A stretch of 64,000 bases of DNA from an uncultured Holophagales bacterium (GTDB lineage: Bacteria; Acidobacteriota; Thermoanaerobaculia; Multivoradales; UBA5704), in assembly GCA_963842525.1 (NCBI GenBank), contig CAWJGT010000011.1, positions 32,001 through 96,000 of the forward strand. Reading direction: 5' to 3'. A model generated the notes under the pieces. That model saw nothing but the letters and a program-made list of their open reading frames with translations, was not told the DNA's origin and searched no databases. Below are positions 1-9,644 of the stretch, piece by piece (the stretch's first letter is position 1; each line of letters begins with the position of its first letter). The translations under genes were made by a program, and so were the position numbers.

Positions 1-549
1 TTTGAAGAAGCGACTCATCAGACCTGTCTGGCGCATCTGTTGCGCCGTTGCGAGGAGCTGCTGGAGAAGGCGACAGGGGGTGCGGTGCGCTTTCCTCGGG
101 CGGTGAAAGAGATCCTGCAGGCCGCCTTGGAGGCGCGAGATCAGCGGGACGCGGGCAAGCTCAGCGGCGAGGCGCTGGAGAAGGTCAAGCAGGACTTGGA
201 GCTCCAGATGGAAAGGCGTCTGTCGGGGCAGTTCACGAACCCCGACAACCAGCGTCTGGCTCAGCATTTGATACGTCACCAGGAGCAGCTGTTTGTCTTC
301 CTGGAACGCACGGATGTGGAGGCGACCAATTGGCCGGCCGAACAAGGGATTCGCCCGGCGGTCATCAACCGCAAGACATCTGGGGGAAATCGGACGGCCG
401 AGGGGTCCCAGGCGCAAGCGGTCTTGATGAGTGCCCTGCGCACATTTCAGCAACACCAAGTCGGGACACTCGAGATCTTGCCCCAGCTTCTGCGCAGCCC
501 CCAGCTACCGAAGCTTGAGGCAATACTTCCTGCGTCACAGCCACCGTAA
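1..549 (+). mobile_element. IS66-family transposase, C-terminal part (5' end lies outside the window)
   Basis: Frame is open from base 1: HQTCLAHLLR (IS66 QxCxAHxxR motif) and TNWPAEQGIRPAVINRK (IS66 NNxAERxxRxxVxxRK motif). Confidence 0.85.
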
Positions 550-666
550 CAGTTCTCGCCACGAGTTATCCGTGGCTCCAGGTCGGTAGCCGCTCGCCCT
601 CGTCAGGTCGCCTGGCCAGCGCGGACGTGTGTCCAGGGAAAACCTTCCCCAAAAGTGCCGCTGACG

Positions 667-678
667 GTAAACAGATAC
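667..678 (+). mobile_element. Candidate IS66-type right terminal repeat (GTAAACAGATAC)
   Basis: Resembles the ...TAAACAGxTAC ends of IS66/ISBst12-group elements and sits exactly where AbiEii similarity begins. Confidence 0.45.
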
Positions 679-1049
679 CCGAAAAGCTCCATGCGGCGGT
701 TCTGTTTGGCGACGCGAACACCCGCATGAAGGACTTTTACGATCTCTTCATTCTATCAAGCCATTATCCGTTTGAGGGTTTGCCGCTCACCCGGGCCATT
801 GCCGCTACTTTCGAGCGCCGCCGCACAACGTTGCCACAGTTGTTTCCGCTCCGTCCAGCATTTTTCGACCAGGATATGCGCGCGAACCAGTGGCGCGCGT
901 ATCTCGTACGTACCAGACTCAAAACTGCTCCGTCGGACTTTACCGTCGTCGGCGAAGCTTTACACGAATTTCTTGCCCAGCCGTACCAGGCACTGATGAG
1001 CGGGGTCGCATTTCCAGGATCATGGTTGCCGGGAGGACCCTGGAAATGA
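679..1049 (+). pseudogene. AbiEii/AbiGii nucleotidyltransferase toxin, C-terminal fragment (IS-truncated)
   Basis: EKLHA...NTRMKDFYDL...AIAATFERRRT matches the AbiEii C-terminal signature; N-terminal half missing; TGA overlaps the hsdS ATG (ATGA). Confidence 0.75.
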
Positions 1050-2359
1050 AGCATCGACGGTTCCGGCGTTATCCTGAATACAGAGACTCTGGAGTGGAAT
1101 GGCTCGGTGAAATCCCGGCGCACTGGGAAGTGAAGAGCTTCAAGGCAACGATCACCGGCTGCCAGAATGGTATATGGGGAGATGAACCGGATGGAGGCAA
1201 CGACATCGTCTGCGTCCGAGTTGCTGACTTTGATAGAGTGCTTTGCGCGTCAATTTTTCCGCCGAGCCCACTTTGCGGTCAATTGATGCGCGTGCTCGCC
1301 AAGGGAGGCTCTTGAGGCCAGGAGATCTCCTGCTTGAGAAGTCCGGCGGCGGGGAGAAGCAACCAGTCGGATGTGTCGTGATTTACGACCGCTCTGAGTC
1401 TCGCAGTTTGCTCCAACTTCATCGCCAGAATGCCCGTTGCTGAAGGCGTTTGCTCCCGGTATCTCAGCTATCTTCATGCCGCCGGATACTATGTACGCTT
1501 AAACACGAGGTCAATTAAGCAGAGCACAGGGATTCAGAATCTTGACAGCTCTTCCTATCTTGCCGAGAGCGTCTCTCTTCCGCGATTCATAGAACAGCGG
1601 GCCATCTCTGAATTTCTCGATCGCGAAACGGCCGCGCTTGATGCTTTGGCGGCAAAGAAAGAGAGGCTTATTAAGCTGCTTCAAGAGAAGTATGCTTCGC
1701 TCCTCGCAAACGCAATCTTAGGTGCCCCTTGCTACAGTGAAGTGAGGCTTGGCTACTATGTGGACCTGCTACCCGGCTTCGCATTCCCCAGTGCGGGCTT
1801 CAGCCGCGATCCTGATGACGTTCGGCTGTTGCGCGGGGTTAATGTCTCGCCTGGTGCACTACGCTGGGATGATGTCGTCAGATGGCCAAAATCAGAAGCT
1901 GCAAAATTTTCTCGCTATCAACTGAGAGAGGGCGATCTCGTTTTGGGAATGGATCGTCCTTGGGTCGGTTCGGGGATCCGTGTGAGCTTCGTACTAAAGG
2001 CAGACTTGCCTTCCTTGCTCCTGCAACGTGTGGCGCGCCTGCGAGCCAGAAATGGCCTGCTGCAGGAATATCTAGGGTTCGTTCTGGCTAGTCCTCAGTT
2101 CCAGGAGTATTTTGAGCCAATCCTGACCGGGGTCAGTGTTCCCCACATTAGCCCAGATCAAGTTGGTGCCTTCCGATTACGCTTGCCTTCGGTCGAGGTT
2201 CAGGAGTTGGTATGCCGCCACCTCAGCGAGGAGAGAAGAAGAATAGATGCTCTAAGCAAAGAGTTGATCGCATCAATCGAGCGCCTGAAGGAGATCCGTA
2301 CAGCTATCATTTGGGCGGCGGTAACAGGCAAAATTGACGTCCGGAAGGAGGTCCCATGA
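1046..2359 (+). CDS. hsdS: Type I restriction-modification specificity subunit (frameshifts near 1243 and 1405, probably sequencing errors)
   Basis: YPEYRDSGVEWLGEIPAHWEV N-terminus, two TRDs, EQRAISEFLDRET helix, C-terminal AAVTGKIDVR. Confidence 0.9.
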
Positions 2360-5300
2360 TTCCGGAGGTCTCCGAGCGCAGCTTTGAAGATGACATCGAG
2401 CGCGTGCTCCTTGAGGGCGGCCCGGATGCCTACTTGAGTACTCTTTCGGTAGGTGCGCTCGGGGTCAGGGAGGCTCCACCGGCCTTTGGCGAGAACCCAC
2501 CAGGTGGTTACCGCAAGCGATCGCCGCAGGAGTACGACCGCGATCTCTGCCTGATCCCGCGTGACGTGCTCGACTTCCTCCTCGCCACTCAGCCTAAGGA
2601 GTGGGCGAAGCTCAAAGACCACTACGGCTCTGAGGTCAAGGAGCGATTCCTCAAGCGCGTCTCGCGGGAAATCGAGCATCGAGGAACACTCGACGTGCTG
2701 CGCAACGGCGTCCGGGATGCAGGGTGCAAGTTCCAGATGGCCTATTTCCGGCCTGCGAGCGGGCTCAACGAGGAGACTCCGACACCTGTATGAGGCAAAT
2801 TTGTTTGCGGTAGTGCGCCAGCTTCGCTACAGCGAAAAGACTACCGATGAGCTGGACCTTGGGCTTTTCCTCAATGGCATTCCGATCTTCACTGCCGAGC
2901 TCAAGAACCCGCTCTCTTCAGGCTGGACGGTGAAGGAAGCCATCGAGCAGTACATGAACAGCCGCGGCCCGCGTGAGCCGCTACTCGCCTACGGCCGCTG
3001 CCTGGCACATTTCGCCATTGATCCGAACCTGGTGTACGTGACCGCCGAGCTCGCGGGAGCCGAGACACGCTTCTTGCCGTTCAACCAGGGTTATCTGAGG
3101 GGCGCGGGGAACCCGCCCATGCCGCCAACCCAAAGGGGCTACGCCACCAGCTATCTCTGGGAGCGGGTCTGGGCCCGCGACAGCGTCCTCGATTTGATTC
3201 GGCAATTCATCCATGAAGTCGAAGAGGAGGATGAGAGGGGCCGGAAGACCGGGAAGCGCCATCTCATATTTCCGCGTTTCCATCAGCTCGACGCCGTGCG
3301 TCGCCTGGTAGGGCACGCATTCCAGCGGGGGGCAGGGCAGCGCTACCTGATCGAGCACTCGGCCGGCAGCGGTAAGAGCAACACGATCGCTTGGCTCGCG
3401 CATCAGCCTCTCAACCCTTCACGACGTCGTGGACCAGCGTGTGTTCGATTCCATCATCGTCGTGACCGACCGGCGCATCCTCGACCGGCAGCTCCAGCGG
3501 GTCATGCGCCAGTTCGAGCAGACCCTCGGCGTGGTGGAGAACATCGACACCACGTCGCGGCAACTCAAAGAGGCGCTCGAATCGGGCAAGACGATCATCG
3601 TCACCACGCTCCAGAAGTTTCCGGTCATCGCGCAGCAGGTCGGCGAGCTTCCCGGCAAGAGCTTCGCCGTGATCGTGGACGAGGCCCACTCTTCGCAGTC
3701 GGGCGAGAGCAGCAAGGGCCTCAAGAAAGTCTTGTCGGTCGACTAGCCTGGAGGAAGCAGAGCGAGAGGAGGCAGGTGCCGAGACGCCTGAAGAGGAGCT
3801 GGAAAACCTCGTTCTGGCAGAGGCGCAGAAGCGCGGGCGTCTCCCCAACGTCTCGATGTTCGCCTTCACGGCCACGCCCAAGCCGAAGACCCTGGAGCTG
3901 TTCGGGACGAAGAACGAGAAAGGCGAATTCGACGCCTTCCACCTCTACAGCATGCGCCAAGCGATCGAGGAGGGATTCATCCTCGACGTCCTGCGCAACT
4001 ACACGACCTACACGGCCTACTGGCGCCTGCTCAAGACGATCGAGGACGACCCTCACTACGAGAAGAGCAAGGCGGCCTATCTGCTCAAATCCTTTGTCGA
4101 GCTCCACCCTCATGCGATCAACGAGAAGGTCCGCATCATGGTGGAGCACTTCGCGGCCCAGGTTCAGAACCAGATCGACGGCAAGGCCAAGGCCATGATC
4201 GTGACGCGCTCCCGCCTCCATGCCGTGCGCTACAAGCTCGCCGTGGACCGCTACTTGAGCGAACGAGGCTACCCGTTCAAGGCGCTCGTGGCCTTCTCCG
4301 GAAGCGTCAAGGACGCGGGCCAGTCCTACACGGAATCCGGGATGAACTCGGAGAGCGCAGGCAGAACCATCGGCGAGAGGCAGACCGCACGCGAATTCGA
4401 GAAGCCCGAGTACCGCTTTCTCATCGTGGCCAACAAGTTCCAGACCGGCTTCGACCAGCCGCTCCTGCATACCATGTATGTGGATAAGAAGCTTGGCGGC
4501 GTCAATGCAGTGCAAACCATTTCGCGACTGAATCGCACACATCCCGATAAACGGGAAACCATGGTTCTCGATTTCGCAAACGAGGCGGAGCCTATCCGGC
4601 AGGCATTCGAGCCCTTTTACGAGACGACCATCCTCTCCGAGGGGACCGATCCTGACCTGCTCTACAAAGCCCAGCACGAGCTGCTCGGGTTCGACATCTA
4701 CACTGAAGCTGAGGTGACCTCGTTCGCCAGGCTCTTTTTCACCCCGAGGGTGAGCCAGAGCCAGCTCTACGCCGCCCTAGCTCCGATCGTGGACCGCTTC
4801 CGCAACCTGTCTCCCAACGAGCAGGCGGATTGCCGGGGACGGCTGACCGACTACATCCGACTCTATGCCTTTCTGGCCCAAGTGCTGACGTTTGCGGATG
4901 CCGACCTCGAAAAGCTCCATCTCTTCGCCCGGCACCTGCGCCGGCTGATTCCGGCCGAGCGGGAAGATCTTCCCGTCGAGGTGCAGCAGAACATCGACAT
5001 GGAGTCCTACCGCATCCAGCGGACGAGCAGTGGTCGAATCAAGCTGGAACGCAATGGCGGCAAGCTAGACCCCATCCAGGCGAAGGAGCGAGCGACTGTC
5101 ACTCCGGAGCAGCTCGAGCCTCTCTCGCATATTATTTCGGAGCTCAACGAGCGCTTTGGGATCCATCTCAATGAAGAGGACCGGGTCTGCCTCGAGCAGG
5201 CGATGATCCGGCTCAACGAGGACCCTGCCCTGGGAGCCGCGGCGCGGGTCAACACGCGGGAAAACGTCCGCCTCACCTTTGACCATAAGCTCGAAGACGT

Positions 5301-5907
5301 CGTGCAGCAGATCGTCGACTCCAACTTCAAGCTCTACAAGCGGATCACGGACGACGCCGAGTTCGGCAGAACGCTGGCCGACTACCTCTTTGACGTATAC
5401 CTGCGGAAGCACCGCGAAGCCGCGGAGCTGATCAAGCAGGGAGAATCGAAGACCCTCGAATTCAAGTCTTCGCTCCGCTGGAACCTCCGGGAAGGCCGGA
5501 AAGACGACAAAGCTATTACGCACGCCGTCCTCAAGACCGTCGCGGCCTTCCTCAACACCGAGGGAGGAGACCTCCTTATTGGCGTCGCGGACGACGGCTC
5601 GATTGTTGGAATCGAGGCAGACGGTTTCGAGAACAATGACAAGTACATGCTCCACTTTGCTCAGGTGGTCCGCAACGGCCTAGGCGAGCGGGCCGGCACC
5701 TGCATTGATCCGAAGATCCAACTCGTCCAGGCGAAACCGGTTTGCCTCGTAAGCTGCCAGCGCAGTCCCGAACCGGTGTTCCTAAAGTGGAAGGGCCTCG
5801 AAGAAAACCCTGACGGTGACTTTTTTGTACGAAGCGGACCGAGTACGATGAAGCTCGGCCCGGAGAGCGCTGGACAGTACATCGGTACGCGGTTTGCTCA
5901 CGGATAG
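2356..5907 (+). CDS. hsdR: Type I restriction endonuclease subunit R with C-terminal Schlafen/AlbA_2 domain (frameshifts near 2780, 3410, 3745)
   Basis: DLGLFLNGIPIFTAELKN nuclease motif, HSAGSGKS Walker A, DEAH, FTATP, KFQTGFDQP, QTISRLNR; extra domain GESKTLEFKSS...VAAFLNTEGGDLLIGVADDG. Confidence 0.9.
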
Positions 5908-5947
5908 GAGCTGCGGGTGCAGCTCCGCGGGGTGGACGGACCAGCCC

Positions 5948-6538
5948 ATGCCCTCCGAATACGATGACCTTTTCGCTCCTCCGACCGGCGAGGACGACCT
6001 CGAGCCGGTCCGGGAGCGCTTCCGCGCCGCCAGCCGTCCTTTTCTCTCTTCTCCCTGGCCGTGGCTCGGCTGGGCCGTGCTGCTGCCCGGGACCGCGCTC
6101 GCCACGCAGGTGGTGCTGCGCTCCTTCGGCCCGGCGGGCGTGCTCTTCGCCTGGTCGGCCGTGGTGCTGGCCGGCGGGGCGGTTGAATTCCTGGCAATCC
6201 GCCGCGCCGGAGCCGGCGGCTCGCCGCTGGCTTCCTGGGTGCTGCGCATTCAGGGGAATCTTTCTCTGGTAGCGGTCGCTCTCTCTGTGCTGCTCCTCTG
6301 GGAGGACGCCGCCTGGGCGCTCCCCGGGCTCTGGCTGCTCGTGCTGGGACACTCCTTCTACCTGCTGGGCGGCTTGGCCTCGCGCCCCCTCCGCATCTGC
6401 GGCATCCTCTATCAGCTCGGCGGCGTGGCGGCGCTCTGGCCGTATGGGTCGCCGCTGCTCGTATTCGCCGCAGCCACGGCGGCGGGGAACCTGTGGATGG
6501 CGGCGGCGGTCTGGCGGGAGAGCCCCTCACCCCTCTGA
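5948..6538 (+). CDS. Hypothetical integral membrane protein (copy 1)
   Basis: About 6 hydrophobic segments; near-identical to 7907-8488. Confidence 0.75.
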   Translation: MPSEYDDLFAPPTGEDDLEPVRERFRAASRPFLSSPWPWLGWAVLLPGTALATQVVLRSFGPAGVLFAWSAVVLAGGAVEFLAIRRAGAGGSPLASWVLRIQGNLSLVAVALSVLLLWEDAAWALPGLWLLVLGHSFYLLGGLASRPLRICGILYQLGGVAALWPYGSPLLVFAAATAAGNLWMAAAVWRESPSPL

Positions 6539-6570
6539 CCCATACGCGCTAACTTTGCGCCGGAGGAAAT

Positions 6571-6960
6571 CCTGGGAGCCCGGCTTCCGCCGGCCCGGAG
6601 CTGAGGCGGGCGCCGGCCCCAATTCACGGTGAATCGGCTCTGATTTGCCGTGAACGCGGGCCGATTCATGATGAACTGGCTCTGATTTGCCGTGAACGCG
6701 GGCCGATTCATGGTGAACTGGCTCTGATTTGCCGTGAACGCGGGCCGATTCATGGTGAACCGGCCCTCATCGCGGTGATCCGGCCGCGTTCGTCATGATC
6801 TCGGCCCGATTCGCCGTGACCGCGAAGCCGTTTGCCGTGAATCGGCCCTCGTTTGTCATGAATCGGCCGCGTTCGCGCCGATCTCGTCTCCGTTCACGGC
6901 GAATCACGACTGGTTCACCACGATCCGCCCTGGAAGCCCGGGAGCGCCGGCGCTCCCAGG
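6571..6960. repeat. 21-bp-period tandem array (~15 units, 6621-6930) inside 9-bp inverted ends CCTGGGAGC/GCTCCCAGG
   Basis: Alternating units GATTTGCCGTGAACGCGGGCC and GATTCATGGTGAACTGGCTCT form a 42-bp dimer three times, then degenerate copies follow. Confidence 0.85.
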
Positions 6961-6969
6961 GCCACCTCC

Positions 6970-7368
6970 TCACCAGAGAAAGTTAGCGCGTATGCCCCTC
7001 TGACCTCTCTCACGACCGCTGAGCGACAGTGAGACGAGCCCCTCCACGTCATCCTGTCGAATGTCCCGGAGCCGCTCCCGGGCGGCGGGACAGAGGTCCT
7101 CGACGCTCACGGAGTGGTTGTGCTTCTTGCCCTTGACGAGGATTTCCGACCAGGTCATGGACTCGAAATGAGCGAGCTTCTCGCGGACGTACGTCGCCTT
7201 GCCGACATCGAGCTCGTGCCAGCCGAACGGATCGACGAGCTGCAGCAGAGAGAGCCGCCACGCGGGCTTGAGGCCCATGGAGCTGGCCGTTGGAGCTGTC
7301 CTGGGCTCCTTACCGGGCGCCGGGGCGAACAGCGCCTTCGGCCTCTTCTGGGGCTGACCGAGGACCAC
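6970..7368 (-). CDS. Putative toxin partner of the Panacea antitoxin (RelE-like inferred; C-terminus may be frameshifted or truncated)
   Basis: Starts 10 bp downstream of the Panacea gene; W..D..FGW...KLAHFESMTWSEI...NHSV...ARERL...LVSLSLSGRER resembles proteins paired with DUF4065. Confidence 0.55.
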   Translation of the reverse strand: MVLGQPQKRPKALFAPAPGKEPRTAPTASSMGLKPAWRLSLLQLVDPFGWHELDVGKATYVREKLAHFESMTWSEILVKGKKHNHSVSVEDLCPAARERLRDIRQDDVEGLVSLSLSGRERGQRGIRANFLW

Positions 7369-7377
7369 GATGCCTTG

Positions 7378-7804
7378 TCAGAGGCTTCCGTAGTACTCCG
7401 CCATCGATTCGAGGGAGATCTCTGCGTCGCCACGCTCGCCGGGAGAGAGGCCGCTCCTGGCCTGCTTCCAGGGCTCCTCTGCGTGGGTGAGATCGCTGAG
7501 CCACTGCGACGGTTTGTCACCGTAGAAGCTCAACTGCCTCCACCGTCTCTCGCTCGGCCTTCGTGAGGTGGTCGGGATTGCCCTTCGGCCAGGAGCCGAC
7601 CTTGAAGAGGCCCCGATGCTCCCGGTAGAGCGCAGGCACCACGGGGCCGTTGGCCCAGGCTTCGATCCGTGCCTGGAACAGCGGCCGCTCGTCCCAAACC
7701 AGGGACCACGCCTGGGCGTAGTAGGCAAGCTTCTGGAGCTTCCAGGTGGTGATGGGCCCGGTCTTATCGAGAATGTATGCGGCAGCGTCGTGTACACTAG
7801 CCAT
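7378..7804 (-). CDS. Panacea (SocA/DUF4065) domain antitoxin (frameshift near 7530)
   Basis: KLQKLAYYAQAWSL...IEAWANGPVVPALY followed in another frame by LSDLTHAEEPWK. Confidence 0.85.
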
Positions 7805-7906
7805 TAGGGCCCCCTTCGAGATGACACCCCCAGCATAGAACAAAAGCGTTCGGAGGGGTACACCTATTCCTACGGGCGCAAGCTCCGCGGGCGAACGGAC
7901 CAGCCA

Positions 7907-8488
7907 ATGCCTTCCGAATACGACGACCTCTTCTCCTCCCCGACCGGCAACGACGACTTGGAGCCGGTCCGGGAGCGCTTCCGCGCCGCCAGCCGCCCCT
8001 TCCTTTCCTCCCCTTGGCCGTGGCTCGGTTGGGCCGTGCTGCTGCCCGGTTCGGCGCTCGCGACGCCGGTGGTGCTGCGCTCCTTCGGCCCGGCGGGTGT
8101 GCTCTTCGCTTGGTCGGCGGTGGTGCTGGCTGGCGGGGCGGTCGAGTTCCTGGCCATCCGCCGCGCCGGGGCCGGCGGCTCACCGCTGGCCTCCTGGGTG
8201 CTGCGCATCCAGGGGAATCTCTCGTTGGTGGCGGTTGCGCTCTCCATGCTGCTCCTCTGGGAGGACGCCGCCTGGGCCCTCCCCGGGCTCTGGCTCCTCG
8301 CGCTGGGCCATTCCTTCTATCTGCTGGGCGGCTTGGCCTCGCGTCCCCTCCGCATCTGCGGCATCCTCTATCAGCTCGGCGGCGTGGCGGCGCTCTGGCC
8401 GTATGGGTCGCCGCTTCTCGCCTTCGCCGCGGCCACGGCGGCCGGGAACCTGTTGATGGCGGTGGCGGTGTGCCGGGAGCGCTCCTGA
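7907..8488 (+). CDS. Hypothetical integral membrane protein (copy 2)
   Basis: Near-identical paralog of 5948-6538. Confidence 0.75.
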   Translation: MPSEYDDLFSSPTGNDDLEPVRERFRAASRPFLSSPWPWLGWAVLLPGSALATPVVLRSFGPAGVLFAWSAVVLAGGAVEFLAIRRAGAGGSPLASWVLRIQGNLSLVAVALSMLLLWEDAAWALPGLWLLALGHSFYLLGGLASRPLRICGILYQLGGVAALWPYGSPLLAFAAATAAGNLLMAVAVCRERS

Positions 8489-8516
8489 GATTGAAGGCGA
8501 GCAGGCTGGTCCACTC

Positions 8517-8807
8517 TCAACTGACTCGCAGGAGAGGCGCAGGCAGTTCCTTGAGCGTCCGCGCAGCGCGGTACAGGTCCACGGCCTCCTGAGCGTTAAG
8601 CCAGAATTCCGGGGAGGTCCGAAAGGACGCGGCCAGCTTCAATGCCATTTCCGGAGTGACCCGCGAGCGTCCGTTGATGATCCGATTGATCACCTTGATG
8701 TCGCAACCGAGGTGATCTGCGAGTCGGCGTTGCGTCATTCCGAGAGGCCGGAGGAACTCCTCCTCAAGGATTTCGCCCGGGCTGGTAGGTTCTCGGTCTC
8801 TGCGCAT
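8517..8807 (-). CDS. higA: HigA addiction-module antitoxin (HTH)
   Basis: PGEILEEEFLRPLGMTQRRLA...VTPEMALKLA...SPEFWLNAQ. Confidence 0.92.
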   Translation of the reverse strand: MRRDREPTSPGEILEEEFLRPLGMTQRRLADHLGCDIKVINRIINGRSRVTPEMALKLAASFRTSPEFWLNAQEAVDLYRAARTLKELPAPLLRVS

Positions 8808-8819
8808 GGGAATCTCCGT

Positions 8820-9110
8820 TCAGTGGTAGTCCACAATGTCAACGTCGAGCGGCCCCGCTTCGCTCCAACGAAAGACGATCCGCCATTGGTCATTGATCCG
8901 GATGCTGTAAAATCCTTTCAGGTCGCCTTTTAATGCCTCCAGACGATTGCCAGGCGGTGACCTCAGGTCGCTGAGCTCGTGGGCGTAATCAAGAGTGTCC
9001 AGTTTCCGTAGAGCGACCTGAGTTACCCCAGACCATCCCATACCCTTCGCCACGCGACCAGTCAGAAAGAATTCTCGGACCCGCGCATTGGCGAAGCCTT
9101 GAATGGCCAT
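8820..9110 (-). CDS. higB: HigB (RelE/ParE family) toxin
   Basis: DLRSPPGNRLEALKGDLKGFYSIRINDQWRIVFRW...VDYH; toxin-first gene order. Confidence 0.92.
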   Translation of the reverse strand: MAIQGFANARVREFFLTGRVAKGMGWSGVTQVALRKLDTLDYAHELSDLRSPPGNRLEALKGDLKGFYSIRINDQWRIVFRWSEAGPLDVDIVDYH

Positions 9111-9115
9111 ACCGA

Positions 9116-9145
9116 AGTATACCCTGGCGAGGTATACCCGGTCAA
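9116..9145 (-). promoter_or_regulatory. higBA promoter (TTGACC-N18-TATACT) with overlapping operator palindrome GTATACC-N7-GGTATAC
   Basis: Read directly; the -10 box ends 5 nt before the higB ATG, consistent with a leaderless transcript. Confidence 0.7.
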
Positions 9146-9160
9146 GGTCTTGCGCTTCGC

Positions 9161-9616
9161 TCAGCGCGTCACATAGCCGCCCTTGTCCGACAGCGCGCGG
9201 TCGACCGACCAGCGTCCGCTGCCGCCGACGAGCACCGCGAGCGCCATGCCGATGGCGAGGAGGTGGTACTCGAAGCCCTCGCCGGCCTGCTGCCCCATCC
9301 AGTTCATGAAGAAGCCGTGTTGCAGGTGGACGGTGAAGATGGCGCCGAGCATCACGCAGAGAATGCCCAGGGCTCCCAGACGGCCGAGGAAGCCGAAGAT
9401 CAGGGAGAGAGCGCCGAAGAACTCGAAGATGATGACCAGGAAGACGATGAAGGCCGGCAGCCCCATCCCGGTCATCCCCTGCATCGTCGCCGAGAACCCG
9501 CCGCCGCCGAACCAGCCCAGCAGCTTCTGGGCACCGTGAGGGAACATCACGAGCCCGAGGAACAGCCGCACGAGGAACCGCCCGGTGTCGTCATCCGTCT
9601 GCATCAGCCGCTTCAT
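9161..9616 (-). CDS. DoxX family membrane protein
   Basis: RLFLGLVMFPHGAQKLLGWFGG...GEGFEYHLL...GSGRWSVD. Confidence 0.9.
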   Translation of the reverse strand: MKRLMQTDDDTGRFLVRLFLGLVMFPHGAQKLLGWFGGGGFSATMQGMTGMGLPAFIVFLVIIFEFFGALSLIFGFLGRLGALGILCVMLGAIFTVHLQHGFFMNWMGQQAGEGFEYHLLAIGMALAVLVGGSGRWSVDRALSDKGGYVTR

Positions 9617-9644
9617 GATCGGATCCCCCCTTTGTCATTGTTGC

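Noticed and set aside
6621-6930. Possible CRISPR array
   Set aside because: Contiguous 21/42-bp tandem units without unique spacers, and no cas genes in the window
8712-8933. Plus-strand 73-aa ORF
   Set aside because: Antisense shadow of higB/higA
5908-9145. Integron cassette array
   Set aside because: No integrase in the window and no attC-like sites with RYYYAAC/GTTRRRY ends recognised
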